A DNA stretch of 64,000 nt from the human T2T-CHM13v2.0 reference genome, Homo sapiens, in assembly GCF_009914755.1 (NCBI RefSeq), contig NC_060938.1, one strand, 5' to 3'. The position numbers and the translations under genes were made by a program. The notes beneath the pieces were generated by a model, which had not been told where the DNA came from, did not search any database, and worked only from the letters and a program-made list of their open reading frames with translations. The stretch's first letter is position 1. Every line of letters begins with the position of its first letter. Shown here in pieces: positions 40,530 to 57,651 of the stretch.

Positions 40530-40980
40530 TCTTTATCCATTCATTCATTTAGAGTGCCTGTTATGTTACAGCTCTGTTCTAGGGATTGGGGATTGAACAA
40601 CGGATCAGACAGTGTTAGTTTTGGTCATCCCAGGAAAACTAAGCAGAGGCTTGTTCAAGAACTACTGAGGTCTTGGTGGGGTTCGGAGATTGGGGGAAGA
40701 GGAGATGGACAAAGGCTCCCAAGAGGAAGTAGTACTGGGTCTGCAGAATGACCCAACAAAGAATGAGAGCAAGGGATTCCAGGCAGTGGGAATTACTTGT
40801 ACATAGGCCCTGAGACCTGAGAGCAGCGTGGGTTTGAGGCTCACAGTAGGAAGATTAGTAAAGCTGTAGCTAAGGAGAGGAGGAGGAAAAAACGTCTGGA
40901 AGGAGCGAGGAGAAATGAGATAAGGCTGGAAAAGTCAACCGGAGCCAGATCAGAAAGGTTCTGTAACCATGTGAGAAATG
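40530..40980 (-). mobile_element. L2 fragment
   Basis: cattcattcatttagagtgcctgttatg...ggccctgag...ggagccagatcaga. Confidence 0.55.
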
Positions 40981-41144
40981 TATTACATATGTGAACTATA
41001 CATTTATATCTCATGTCATTGGATTTTTGAGGTGGAAAATATTTAATTTATACCTGAGGAATGACTGTAAATTTCTTTCTTTCCACATATTCTTAAATGA
41101 TTTCATCAATTTAATTTCAAATAATTCAATCACCATTTAGCTCA

Positions 41145-41785
<641 letters not shown>

Positions 41786-42855
41786 GGAAATTCTTTAACA
41801 GCCTAAGAAACATAATTTGGATAAGTATTTACTACCAAATGAGTTACTAAATATTTAAAAGGACAAGATTAAGTGATCCTTGAGATTTCTTTTAACTTGG
41901 AGATTTGTATCCAACCAGATTTCACATGAGACTGAAGTTATTTCCTACCGTCAGCGATAATGGAAGCACTACAGTTGTGGCATTCAAGTATTACAGTGAA
42001 TTACAATTATACTGTCAGCAATATTATGTTACCAGTACATTGTTTATGGCAATATTATCTAACATATTTTAAGCCCTGTTCCTTTTGTTACTGAGAGGGT
42101 TAAAATAACATTTTACAAGTATAGTTGAATACAGCATCAGTAAAATCCTTCATAATTGCTTTTAAGGATTAAACATGTATCTAAGGACAACACCAAGGAA
42201 CTAATAGAAATAACCCTCGAGTCAGTCTTTTCCGTTCTGTTTCCACACCCTTAGTTTACTATTACTTTTAGGAATGACCTTTGTTAACTAAGTCATTAAA
42301 ATCCAATAAACATAGACTCTTCAGACCCCACAGCTGGATCATACTCTTGGCAGCAAGCAGAGGAAGGCAGGGGTTACCACTGTTTTACAGAATAATAGTA
42401 AGTCAATGATCCAAGAAATGACTTCCCAGGGAAACGGCAAATTAAATACGTTCACAACCTTGGGCTGTTGAGAGTGGTTTTGGCTCTTGGCTTGCATATT
42501 GACGTCTTTAATTCTTTTCTTGCTAAACCAACTTCAGTATTGGAAAGATAGCTCATGTATAAAATAACATGGAAAATGTACATCACATCCCATTTGTTTT
42601 GGGTTTTTGTCCTTTTTTTTTTCTTTTTTTGGAAAATAGTTCAATAGTACTATCTCTTCCTTAATTTCTTAATGAGTGTCAATACCAAGGGGTGGCTTTG
42701 GGGATCTTTAGCCCAAATCTAAGTAAACATATAATCTGAGTAAAAACTGTGTATATTTATCAAATGCAACATCAAGACAAGCCCCCCAGCTCCCACTTGG
42801 TGCTGCCTGTTCTGTAAGCTCTTGCCATATATATATATATATATATATATTTTAA

Positions 42856-43345
<490 letters not shown>

Positions 43346-43429
43346 CTCGCGCATGTTTTTAAAGAAATGGTAGATAAGAGATCTAAGGTATTCCAGTGAC
43401 TAAGAAACTGAGGTGAATGACTAAGGGAC

Positions 43430-44110
43430 TGAGACTTCTCTCTCCAAACCTGTTTCTCCACTAGTCTTCCAAGCCTTCCCAGTTACTTCAACCTGAAAAT
43501 GAGTCATCCTTGGCTCCTCATTACCAACCCTCACCCCACCCTTTTCCATCCATCAGCAGATCTGTTTATTCCACTTCCAAAATATACCCCAAATGTGCTT
43601 CCTCTTCCTCCGTACTCCAAGCTACCATGCCGTGTAAGTTATGATTGTGATTTTTGCGTGTCTGCTTCCACTGCTGCCCTGTAAGTTATGATTGTGATTT
43701 TTGCATGTCTTCTTCCACTGCTACCTGGAAGCTGGAGTGACCTTTCAAAATATACATCAGATCAGATCATGTCACTCTCCTGGCAAAAGCCCTCCAAAGT
43801 TCTTACGGTGATCTAGCTGCCTCTTCAAACTCATCACACATCTGATCTTAGACGTATTATGCTTCAAGCACATTGGTCTTCTTGTAGTCCCTCAAACAAG
43901 CTTTTTTCAGGACTGTGGCTCTGAACAAGCTTTCCTCTCTGCCAGGGATGCTATTCCCTCCTGCTATGGCAGGTCTGACTCCTAATGTCCTTCAATCTTT
44001 GCCTAAATTTCACCTCCTCCAGCCCTTCCCTGGCTTCCTAAAGTGGTGGTGCCCCCTCTCTGATGTTATTCTATCTCTGTGCTTTTCTCTTAATAGTAAT
44101 AATCAGAACT
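43430..44110 (+). mobile_element. L2 fragment
   Basis: ggagtgacctttcaaaatatacatcagatcagatcatgtcactctcctg. Confidence 0.6.
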
Positions 44111-44140
44111 TATAATTATTTTGTTAATATTTAAAATCTA

Positions 44141-44409
44141 GCTGGACATGGTGGCTCACGCCTGTAATCCCAGCATTTTGGGAGGCCAAGGCAGGAGGAT
44201 CACCTGAGGTCAGGGGTTCGAGACCAGTCTGGCCAACTGGCGAAATCCCATCTCTACTAAAAATACAAAATTAGCCAGGTGTGGTGTTGCACGCCTGTAA
44301 TCCTAGCTGCTCATGTGGCTGAGGCAGGAGAATTGCTTGAACCCAAGAGGCGGAGGTTGCACTGAGCCGAGATAGCACCACTGTTCTCCAGCCTGGGAGA
44401 CAAGAGCAA
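44141..44409 (+). mobile_element. AluS lacking its 3' terminus and tail
   Basis: Alu ends at ...ggagacaagagcaa and joins L1 sequence directly. Confidence 0.9.
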
Positions 44410-44567
44410 TGTGGGGTGGGGGGAGGGTGGAGGGATAGCATTAGGAGATATACCTAATGCTAAATGACGAGTTAATGGGTGCAGCACACCAGCATGGCAC
44501 ATGTATACATATGTAAGTAATCTGCACATTGTGCACATGTACCCTAAAACTTAAAGTATAATAATAA
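44410..44567 (+). mobile_element. Young L1PA (PA2/PA3-like) 3' UTR end
   Basis: gggatagcattaggagatatacctaatgctaaatgacgagttaatgggtgcagcacacc...taaaacttaaagtataataa; GAG rather than the L1HS-Ta ACA diagnostic. Confidence 0.92.
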
Positions 44568-45877
44568 TTTTTTAAAAATCTACTTTCTTCACTCGACTGT
44601 AGGGTGGTGGAAGAGGTCAGGGGACCCGTCTGCCCTGTTTGCCATCCTGTCCCTAGTGCCTAACATGGAGTAAACCCTAAACATTCATGGAATGGATAGC
44701 ACTGCTGTTCACAGATAGATGCCTTACCTACTTTCATTTCCTTAAGAGTGTTGTGGTGTAGTTAAAAAAAGAAAGCCATTTTATTCTACATTATTCTACA
44801 ACACAAAGGGCTGTGCTCCAGTGAAATTTGAAGTGCCTTTTGTGGAGTGTGCTTTGGGTAAAGTTCATTTAAATCAGGTACTTATAAATGTCAGGTCGAT
44901 TACAAATATGGTTTCCCATTTTCTTTTCTAACTTAAACGAGACGTTTTAAGCAAGTATCATTCTATCCAGTAAGAATAAGGAAAGAGGCAAGTAATCTTA
45001 TTTTTTGGACCAAGCGGCCACGAGGTCATAAGACCTAAAAATCTTTACACTCCCAAGCAGCACCTGCTCGTTAATTATCTAGGAGACTGGTAAGGATTTA
45101 AAAGTAATTTTTTCCTTAAGCCCAGGAATCATTTTAAAAATCTGTATAACATTTTTTTCTCATGTAGTCTTAGCCCCGAAGAATATTAAATCTATCAATT
45201 AGGTTATAATTCAAATCTTATCAAGAAATAAATGCTTATATAAATCAAGATTAAAAATATTTTCAAAGCAGCGTTTTTTAAACAGTGACGTTTTAAAATC
45301 CCCGTCAAAATGGTAAAATTCGTTGTGATCCTGACCTCTCATGCTGTCAGCCACAGGAAGGGGCAAAACGACTTGAGGCTTGAAGCCATGTCTTTCCCGA
45401 AGCTCAGGTTCACCAAACATGGTCTCCAGATGGAGTCTGTTCCTCAGAACCTGGGCTTTACTTCTTGATGGGAGAAGGAAGCAGTGTTAAAACTTGTCTA
45501 TTCTGAACTAGCCAACCAGATTAAAGGAGGGGTTTGTGCATACCAACGTCATCCCAGAATGACCTGAATGACTCATTACATGCAGACAGTGGTGCAAACT
45601 CATTAACAAGTAAACAACTCACACCAGTACTCTGTGCTCAAAGGGCTGGGGGTATTCTTGGGTATTTTTCTTAAGGGAGGCTGGAAGAAGGGAGGAGACG
45701 TTCCTTTCTCCTAGAGGCAAAGGCCAGTTCCTTTTGCTGTGCCCCAGGCCTTTCCTGGTTGTTATAAACTCTTCCAGTCCTTTTCTTGGGAAGGTGCTCT
45801 CATCCCCACCCTCCTGCCTCCTCCCTCCACCTGTTGTGCACTCCCTGAGAGAAACAAAACAAGTTAATTAGCTTATT

Positions 45878-45965
45878 CATCTACTTGGGAAGCTGAGGTG
45901 GGGGGACTGCTTGAGCCTAGGAGTTTGGATTCAGCCCAGGCAACATGTCGAGACCCCATCTCTAA
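45878..45965 (+). mobile_element. Alu fragment
   Basis: ctacttgggaagctgaggtgg...gagaccccatctct. Confidence 0.7.
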
Positions 45966-46076
45966 TTTTTTTTAAGTTTTTGTTTTTTTTAATTTAAATT
46001 AACATATTCAGGCTAGTGCACGTACTTCGGTTCTCTACTGAAGTAATTCACCCTAAATTGAAACTAGCATTGCTAG

Positions 46077-46358
<282 letters not shown>

Positions 46359-47123
46359 GTCTTGCCACTATCCTAGTTTTTCTTCTGTATTATTAGACGG
46401 GGCCTCAGTGTCCTTGAACTGCAAGGAATTAACATTGAGTGTAGTATTAGTAAAACCTATCTTCTATTCATGAAAATCAATCATTTTTTTAAAAAAAGAT
46501 CCCACAATTATTATAAGCAGAAACAAATTAAAAGGTTGTATACCTACTGTTTGAAAAACACAACTTACCAAAACCAAACATAAGAAGTATGTATACCCCT
46601 ATAATTATGAAATAAATAGAATCCATAATTTAAAACTTCCTCACAAAAACAATCCCCAGTTCCTGAGGGCATCACTGGTGAATTCTTCAATGAAAGGGAA
46701 AAAAATAACACCAACATTACAGATTTTTTTTAAACCTTAGGGACATATCTCACTACGTTGCCCAGGCTGGAGTGCAGTGGCTATTCACAGTCACGTTCCA
46801 GTTATCCTCCCACTTCAGCCTCTTGAGTAGCTGGGACTACAGGCTACAGAAACTTTTAAGAGAACAAAAATAAAGGGAACTCCTGAGCTCAAGCACTTCT
46901 CCCACCTCAGCCTCCCAAAGTGCTGGGATTACAGGCATGAACCACTGTGCCCTGCTTAGTGTGCTGTTTTTAAAAGTGACTTTTGGGCTCGTGTTCATGT
47001 GACTGATTAGCCTGTAGTTTTACTTTTTCTAATTTTTTAGACTACTTTTGATATCAAGTTTATTGTAATCTCAAAAAATGAGCATGGCTCTGTTCCCTTT
47101 ATTTTTGTTCTCTTAAAATTTCT

Positions 47124-47414
47124 GGCCAGGTGCAGTGGCTCACGCCTGTAATCCCAGCACTTTGGGAGGCTGAGGCGGGCAGATCACGAGATCAGGAGAT
47201 CGAGACCATCCTGGCTCATATGGTGAAACCCCGTGTCTGCTAAAAATACAACAAAAAAATTTAGGCAGGTGTGGTGGTGGGTGCCTGTAGTCCCAGCTAC
47301 CAGGGAGGCTGAGACAGAATGGCGTGAACCCAGGAGGCAGAGTTTGCAGTGAGCCGAGACTGCGCCACTGCACTCCAACCTGGGTGACAGAGCAAGACTC
47401 TGTCCCAAAAAAAA
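47124..47414 (+). mobile_element. AluY-like with TSD aaa(a/g)tttctg
   Basis: gaatggcgtgaaccc diagnostic; absent from the left inverted-repeat arm. Confidence 0.9.
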
Positions 47415-47424
47415 AGTTTCTGTA

Positions 47425-47550
47425 ACCTGTAGTCCCAGCTACTCCGGAGGCTGAGGTGGGAGGATCACTGGAACGTGACTGTCAAAAGCCACTGCACTCC
47501 AGCCTGGGCAACATAGTGAGACTCTGTCACTAAGATTTAAAAAAAAAAAA
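47425..47550 (+). mobile_element. 7SL-derived monomer (FAM/FRAM-like); inverted twin at 46,735-46,842
   Basis: cctgtagtcccagctact...aagccactgcactccagcctggg; the twin retains the 7SL-type ggctattcacag. Confidence 0.7.
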
Positions 47551-48123
47551 TCTGTCCCTGAAATTAAAAAAGTAATTCTGTAGTGTTGGTGTTACTTTTC
47601 CCTTTCATTGAAGAATTCACCAGTGAAGCCATCAGGAACTGGGAATTGTTTTTGTGGGAAATTTTTAAATTACGGATTCTGCCTATTACTAGACCTAAGA
47701 GTTTACATACTTCTTCTGTTTGGCTTTGTTAAGTTGTGTTTTTCAAACAACAGGTGTAGGTGTACAACCTTTCTATTTGTTTCTGCCTCTAATAATTCTG
47801 GAATCTTTAAAAAATGACTTTTCATGATGAATAGAACATAGCTTTTACTAATGCTCTAATCAGTATAAATTCCTTGCAGATCAAGGACAGTGAGACCATG
47901 TCTAATAATCCAGAGGCAGAACTTGGATTTGGGAGATAACTCCCGCCTCTTGCACTCTCTGTGACAAGTCTAGTTTTGATATCAAGTTTATCTTAATCTC
48001 AATAAATGAGCTTGGCTCTGTTCCCTCTATTTTCTCTTTAAAGTTTCTGCAGCCTGTAGTCCCAACTACTCAGGAGGGTGAGGTGGGAGGATCACTTGAA
48101 GCCAGGAGTTCAAGGCTGTTTAC

Positions 48124-49372
<1,249 letters not shown>

Positions 49373-50141
49373 AGCATAAAACTTACCAGCCTTTTAATCT
49401 AAATAGTCTTATTGTGATAGGCTTGCTTATAGTAAAACAAACTCTTATCTTTTAGTATCTGTAGGATCTATAGTGATAACTCTTCACTCCTTATATTCTA
49501 ACTTGTGCCTAATTAGGCACAACTCTTACTAATTAGTTATCTATTGCTGCATAAGAAATTACCTGAAACTTAATGTCTTCAAACAACAACAAGTATTTAT
49601 TATCTGTGATAGGCAGACTTCTAAGATGTTTCCCATGATCTCGATGTCCTGGTGTTATGCTCTGTATGATCTCTTCCTTTTTTAGTGTGGATGGGATCAC
49701 TGCCCAAACTTTTGGATGAAATCGAGTAAGTGTGAGTAGGATCTGTGACTTGTTTCTAACTGACATAATATTGCAAATGTGATGGGTTGTTACTCCTGGG
49801 ATGTGTGTGTGTGTGCGTGTGTGTGTGCGCACAGAAGAAAGGAGAGGGAAGAGGAGAGGAGGAGGAGGAGAGAGATATACATTAGGATATGAGACAGACA
49901 TATTGCTGGCATTCACACAAGATTCTCCTTCCTGATTTGAGGAAGTGTGTGACCATATTGAGGAAGCCCAACAGCAGGTGGTGTCTAGGACCTGAGGGTG
50001 GCCTCCAGCCAATACCAAATAAAAAACATAGCTACACAATCATACAGACATAAGGAAATGAATTTTGTCAACAACCTGAATGAGCTTGAACCTAGCTCAG
50101 CTGACGCCTTGCCTGCAACCTTGTGAGACCCTATGCAGTGA

Positions 50142-50500
<359 letters not shown>

Positions 50501-50504
50501 TTTT

Positions 50505-50975
50505 CTCATATGTTTATAGCAGCACAATCTGCAACTGAAAAAATATGGAATCAGTTCAAATGCCCATCAGTGAACAAATGGATAAAGAAAATGTGGTATA
50601 TATGTAGCATGGAATACTACTCAGCCATAAAAAGGAACAAAATAATGACATTAGCAGCAATCTGGATGGAATTGGAGACTTGTTCTATGTGAAGTAACTC
50701 AGGAATGGAAAACCAAATATCATATGTTCTCACTCATAGGTGGGAGCAAAGCTATGAAGATGCAAAGGCATAAGAATGATACAATTGATTCTGGGGACCC
50801 AGGGGAAAAGGTGGGAGGGGGATGAGGGAGAAAAGACTACACATTGGGTACAGTGTACCCTGCTCGAGTGATGGGTGCACTAAAATCTCAGAAATCACCA
50901 CTAAAGAAGCTATTCATGTAACCAAACACCATCTGTTCCCCAAAAACCTATTGAAATAAAAAATAAATTTTAAAA
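50505..50975 (+). mobile_element. L1PB-like 3' end
   Basis: atgtttatagcagcacaat...ggaatactactcagccataaaaagg...aaacctattgaaataaaaaataaa; ORF2 C-terminal remnant MFIAAQ...WIKKMWYI. Confidence 0.88.
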
Positions 50976-51724
50976 AAAGGAAGTAAAAAAACCACTTAAA
51001 AAAGAATAAACATGTATTTTCTTAAATGAAATCCTGACCCACAGAAACTGTATAAGAGAAAATATACTAGACAATATATGTATGTTTCCTGAGATGTTCA
51101 TTTTTTATACAAAAATAGCAAACTAATATAGAGCTTCTGTGGGTCCTGATTTGAGAAATGCTTTAGCTGGTTGGTTCTGTCTTGGTCAATATGTTGATTA
51201 GGCCTGCAGTCATCCAAAGGCTTGACTGAGGCTAGGGCATCCAATTTCAAGACGTCTCACTTAACATGGCTAGCAAGTCAATGCTGTCTGTTAGCAGGAG
51301 ACCTCTGTAATGTAATGCATTAAGTTCTGTAGGGTTGCTTGAATGTCCTTGCAGTATGGTAGCTACTTTCACCCAGGGTGAGCAAGGTGGAAGCTGCCAT
51401 GTGTTTTATAATCTAGCCTAGGAAATTTGAACTAGCTTTTTGATAACACAGGTCAGCCATATTCAATATGAGAGAGAACTGCACAAGGCATGGATAGCAG
51501 AAGTGAAAATCACCGCAGGCCATTTTGGATGCTGGCTGCCACAGAGATTAGCAACTGGAATACTGTTTTCAAAGAAACAGCTTTGGCTTTTTATATTTTC
51601 TCTATTATGTCTTTGGTTTTTTTTTTTCATTGATTTCAGCTTTTATCCTTATTATTTTCATCATTTTAATTTCATTCAGCTTAATTTGCTGGGATTTTTG
51701 AGATGGATGCTTAGCTCATTGGAG

Positions 51725-52045
51725 TTTTTTTCTTTTTCTTTTTCTTTTTTTATGAGACAGGGTCTTACTGTGTCACTCAGGCTATAGTGCAGTGATGAAT
51801 CATAGCTCATAGCAGCCTTAAATTACTGAGCTCAAGTGGTCCAATCCTCCCTCCTCAGCCTTCCAAGTAGCTGGGACTACAGGTGTGTGTCACCATTCCC
51901 AATTAATTTTTTTTTTTTTTTTTTTTTTTTGCTGTGACAGGTCTCACTATGTTGCCTGGGCTGGTATTGAAGTTCTGGCCTCAAGCAAACTTCCTGCCTT
52001 GGCCTTCCAAAATGTTGGGATTATACATGTGAGTCACCACACCTA
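51725..52045 (-). mobile_element. AluJ
   Basis: Diverged dimer, catagctcatagcagcc. Confidence 0.85.
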
Positions 52046-52951
52046 TCATAACAGTTTTTCAGTACTTTTTTTGTTTTGTTTTCAAATACATGTGCTTAGG
52101 TTTATAGATTCCCCCCACCCCAGATTTAGTCAAATCCCACAAGTTTTCTACTTTTGTAAAATTTTATTGAAGTATAATATACCTGAGAGAAAGTGTGCCA
52201 TCTTAAATGTACAGGTGGATGAATTATCACAATGTAAATAAACCTCTGTAACTAGCACCAAGATTAAAAAAAAAAAAATTACTAGTTATTTAAACCTAGG
52301 TTTGATAATATTACCAATGACTTTAAAGTTCATGTCTGATAATTCTAATATCTGAAGCACTTGTGGGTTTGTTTCTTTTTTCTGTTTTTTATTTTGCTCA
52401 TAGTTTTCAGTCACTTGATCATATATCCTGGGATTCCTGGTAACATATACATACTTCTAATTTTTAAAAATTGTACAGCTCTAGCATAAAGAGTCCTACA
52501 ATGGGTACTTATCCCCCATCTATAACTTTTTTTACACTTTGTTTTGTTTTTACTCTTTCTAGACTTTATTATTTTACTTTTTGGATAAGTAATATAGTTA
52601 CAAGTTTCTAAGATAAAAAATTATGAAAGAGTGTTAGTGAAAAGTCTCATTCTTGCAATGCCAGCACCCTCTTCCTGTCCTACAGGTAACCACCATGATT
52701 AATTTCTGGGATATCATTCCAGAGATAGTTTAAACCTCATATATACAAGCAAATTATGTATACTGCATTCCTGTGTCTGTTCTGTACTTTGCTTTTTTCA
52801 CCTAACATTATATTTTCGTGAGTTTTCTGTTTAGTACATAATACATTTTCTCATATTTTAAACAACTGTATTCTGTTGTATGAATTTATCATAATTTATT
52901 GAATCAGTCCCCTGCTGATGGACATCCAGTTTGTTTCCAGACGTTTGCTAT

Positions 52952-53695
<744 letters not shown>

Positions 53696-54645
53696 GAAGA
53701 GCTATTTTTATAATTATAAGCAAAGCTGCAAGAAACAATGTGTATCTGACATTGTGCATTTGGGAAAGTATATCTGCAGAATAAATGTCTAGATGTGGAC
53801 TAGGTAGTTAGTTTTGATAATTGTTAAATCACTCTCCTCTAGACGGGTTATACCAGTTTATACTTCTAGCAGCAATATGAGTGAATGCCTCTTTCCCACA
53901 GCCTCCTCAACTCCATGTGTTACCAAACTTAGAATTTTTACTGTTCTGCTAGTAAAAAGCCCTAATTTCTTTGGATAACTTACTAATTATTGAGTCTTCC
54001 TCATCTGCACAACATGGTTAGAAGCTCCTTCAGAGTTATGCCTGGGTCCTTATTTCTATTTTTTTCTACACTGCATACCTTTGCGTCCTTCCTGTTAACC
54101 TTACATAGGGCGGGCTCCCTTCACAGAAGGAGGCGATGATATACTCAACGGCATCTGTGCGTGATAGAGGGGAAAAATATGCGATGTAGAATCCATTCTA
54201 TCCATCTATCAAGTTCCATTTAGGAAAACAAAATATCCTAATCACAATAATTGACTAGTGAAGACTGAAGAAGCAGTTGCCTAGCAATGCCCTGATCATT
54301 TTTGATGTTGACTGGTTGACATAAGGCGGGGTCAACAAACACACAGCACGTGTGTGGCCCTGGCAGCTGATTCAGATCCTTCCCACTAAGGTCAACATTA
54401 CCCAGACTCTTGGAGGCAGCCACTCCTCATTGATTATTTGCACATGAGATAAAACTCTTTGTTTTACCATATTGAAGGACTAACAGAATCACAAACTGTA
54501 ACTCAAGTGCTTTTCCAGTGAAGAGTGAAATAGGAAGGAACAAAAATAACATATATCTACCCCCCTCCTCCTCTTCCTTTAGCTTGGGGTCATCATTACC
54601 TCCATTTCTCCATTTTATTTTTGTTTCCTTTTTATTGGCACCATC

Positions 54646-54648
<3 letters not shown>

Positions 54649-54680
<32 letters not shown>
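54649..54680. repeat. (GT)16 microsatellite
   Basis: Direct inspection. Confidence 0.95.
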
Positions 54681-54683
<3 letters not shown>

Positions 54684-54802
54684 ATATTAAAACTTTAGGG
54701 AAACAGCTCTCTTAAAAATGTCAGCAACTTCAATTCATTGCTTTTTAAATATCCTGGTTAATAATTTACACCCTTGGTTAAAATATTCAATCATCTACTT
54801 AA

Positions 54803-55117
<315 letters not shown>

Positions 55118-55759
55118 TAGTGCTTAGCTTTAATGTGAGTCAGTGTTAGCATACACATTCAGAATTCTTTCAACCTCAAACCACAAATCTTAATTATGTA
55201 TCATGGAAATACAAATTGGAACAAAAATCTATTGACTGTGAGCCCACATAACATAATTTTTGTTTCCTGAAAACAAAAGTATGCAAGTGGATGAGGCCTT
55301 TTAAGGGAATCTTGTGGCTTCTCAGTCCTTGCTGTTCTGAATTGGTGATTATCAACAGAAATGCCCAACAGGTGATTGTAAAGATACTGGTAATTCTCCA
55401 CTCTTATCTGATTACACCTACATTTTGCTTGTTGCTCATTCTGCATAACATCTAAATGCTGTGTGACACCTAAACCCTTTAGTAGTCGGCCAAAAGGAGG
55501 AACGAGGGCGTGTTTATGAAACAGACAGCTGTCGTGAGTCCTGGCGCTCAGCTTCATTCACTAATCAGTTGTCAGTTGGCAACTTGATTGCAGATAACTT
55601 CAGTGTGAGTCAGGCTCGTTTGCCACAGCTGTTTCTCTTAAAAGTTCTCTGATAAGTCATTGCCACCACTACTTCCAAATAGCGTATGTTAACTTTGAGT
55701 TAATTTTAGATAAACTCGGGTTAATTTACAAAATTTTGGCACCAACAACATGGTTAAGC

Positions 55760-55955
55760 AAGGCAGCATGGATGGGTATTGGAATCCATCAATCTGGGTT
55801 GCTGTGTACCAGCTCTGGGACTGGGGGCAAGTTGTAGCAGCCCTCAGCCTCCTGCTTCACCTGTATCAAGGGAGGCTGAGACCTACCTTGCAGGGGTCTT
55901 GTGAAGATTAAATGCAATGCTGTGTGAATGGTGCCTACCTTCGTGCCTGGCCTGT
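55760..55955 (+). mobile_element. MIR
   Basis: ctgggggcaagttgt...cttgtgaagattaaatgcaatg...gtgcctggc. Confidence 0.6.
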
Positions 55956-57144
55956 CAAGACCAGGTAGTTTACACAAAAACACTTGATATTGACTATGAA
56001 ACAAGATCCGGAAGAGAACAAATATAAATACAGATGGATCAGCTAAATGAAGGACTGTCGAGTAAAAACACCAAGAGGATGTTTGTGAGTGGAGGGGGAT
56101 GGATCTCCTTCTCCACCCAGCAGTGAATATCATGGGAATCTCTCTCTACCTTGAATCTACCTCTTATAATTCTTAAATTAAGAACCATTAGAACTCTTCT
56201 AAACTTTCTAAATACTTATTACAGTATGAAACCCTGCCCACCTCCCAGACAACTTCCTATGGACATTAGATTTTTTAAACATAGGATATGTTAAGTGATG
56301 GTCTTCATTCCTCGATGTCACATTTTAAATTTGTATTACTTTTTCTTCATTTTCCAAAGCTCCAGCTCAGCATTTTTGTATGCCATATATATATATATAT
56401 TTAAAAAGTCTCAGTGGCCTTTTTAATGTGTCGATTTCTACACCTCAGCCTCAGGTAGTGTAAGCTTCATGAGGACAGGAACCAGCCCTGCCTGCTCACA
56501 CTGTCACCAGCATGTTCGCAGGGCGGACACATGCCAGGCACTCAGGTATTAGTTGAATACGTAAATGGAAGACTGGAAAATGTAGGCTGAACTGAGAACT
56601 TGTGGATAGACACACCTCAGTGATTTGTGAAAAGGAAGATTGGTCCAAAGCAATGTTTGTTAACAAAATTTTCATTATCAAAGAGGAAAAACTAAACATT
56701 CCCTAACAGAAATGAAAAAGGAATAAAATTTTTGTTAGATGATGTTGAGCTTTGAAAGGCCACCAAGGACACTTTCAATATCAAATCTTCCTCATCCCCC
56801 CAACTCCAGAAAACTAGTTTTTGCTCAGGTATTGGCTCAGTGGAAAATGTGTGGTGTGAAGCTGTAGTCTCCTAGTTTGTGAGTCTCCTTATTTTCACTG
56901 CCTGAAGGTTTGAGTCACCGTAGAAGGGGAGGAGGGGCTGTGGAGATCAGAAGTGAGGTCTGTGAACTCCGGAGTTGACTTAGGTGCGGAGGGGATGAGG
57001 TAGAACTGCTGGCAGGGAGGCCCCATCTGATCTAAGAGTGAGCTTGGCAGGCAGAAAGCACTTGGCAAAGCCAAGGTAATGGTTGGGAGAGACTGATAGA
57101 TCCAACACTCCTATTCCTTGAGGCCAGTCAGTGATGTGTATTAA

Positions 57145-57292
57145 CCTAGGGTGGCTCTAACTTTAATGTGTCAGTGAAAGGGATCCGGCTACAACTCCAC
57201 ACTCCTGAGGTGGGGCCCAGTGTTCTGCATTTCTGTTAAAAATACTGTGAGGGAGCACCAGGCTGCTCCTTCCACAGGCCATACTTTGAGAA
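57145..57292. mobile_element. MER5-like DNA transposon remnant
   Basis: ggtggggcccagtgttctgcatttct...ggccatactttgagaa. Confidence 0.5.
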
Positions 57293-57651
57293 GGAGAAGC
57301 ATGGCATTATCTCACCTGTGCATGTTATATTTGTTAAAGGGTAACTTTTCAAAAACAGGAAAAACTATCACTCATATAGATATAAATGATAAATATTTTA
57401 TTAATGAAGTGAGCAGTGAGATGTTACAAGCAGTTCAAAAGGGAACCCAAAGGGATGGACACATCTATTACTCAGAATATTGAAATAAAGTGGAAATTGA
57501 TGCATAAGTGGCTTTGCCACATGGAGAAGGATTGGCTTTCCAAGGCGGGTTGATTTGCATGTTTATAAACAAGAGTCATTTGCATTATCAGTTCTTTTCA
57601 ACTTCACATACCATAAAACAGGTGAAAGGCTAGACTAGAAAACCTTAAAGG

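Larger units (their letters stand above)
46380..47920. repeat. Inverted repeat: left arm 46,380-46,880, right arm 47,092-47,920 (interrupted by AluY)
   Basis: Collinear reverse-complement match over unique, L1 and 7SL-derived segments. Confidence 0.88.
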
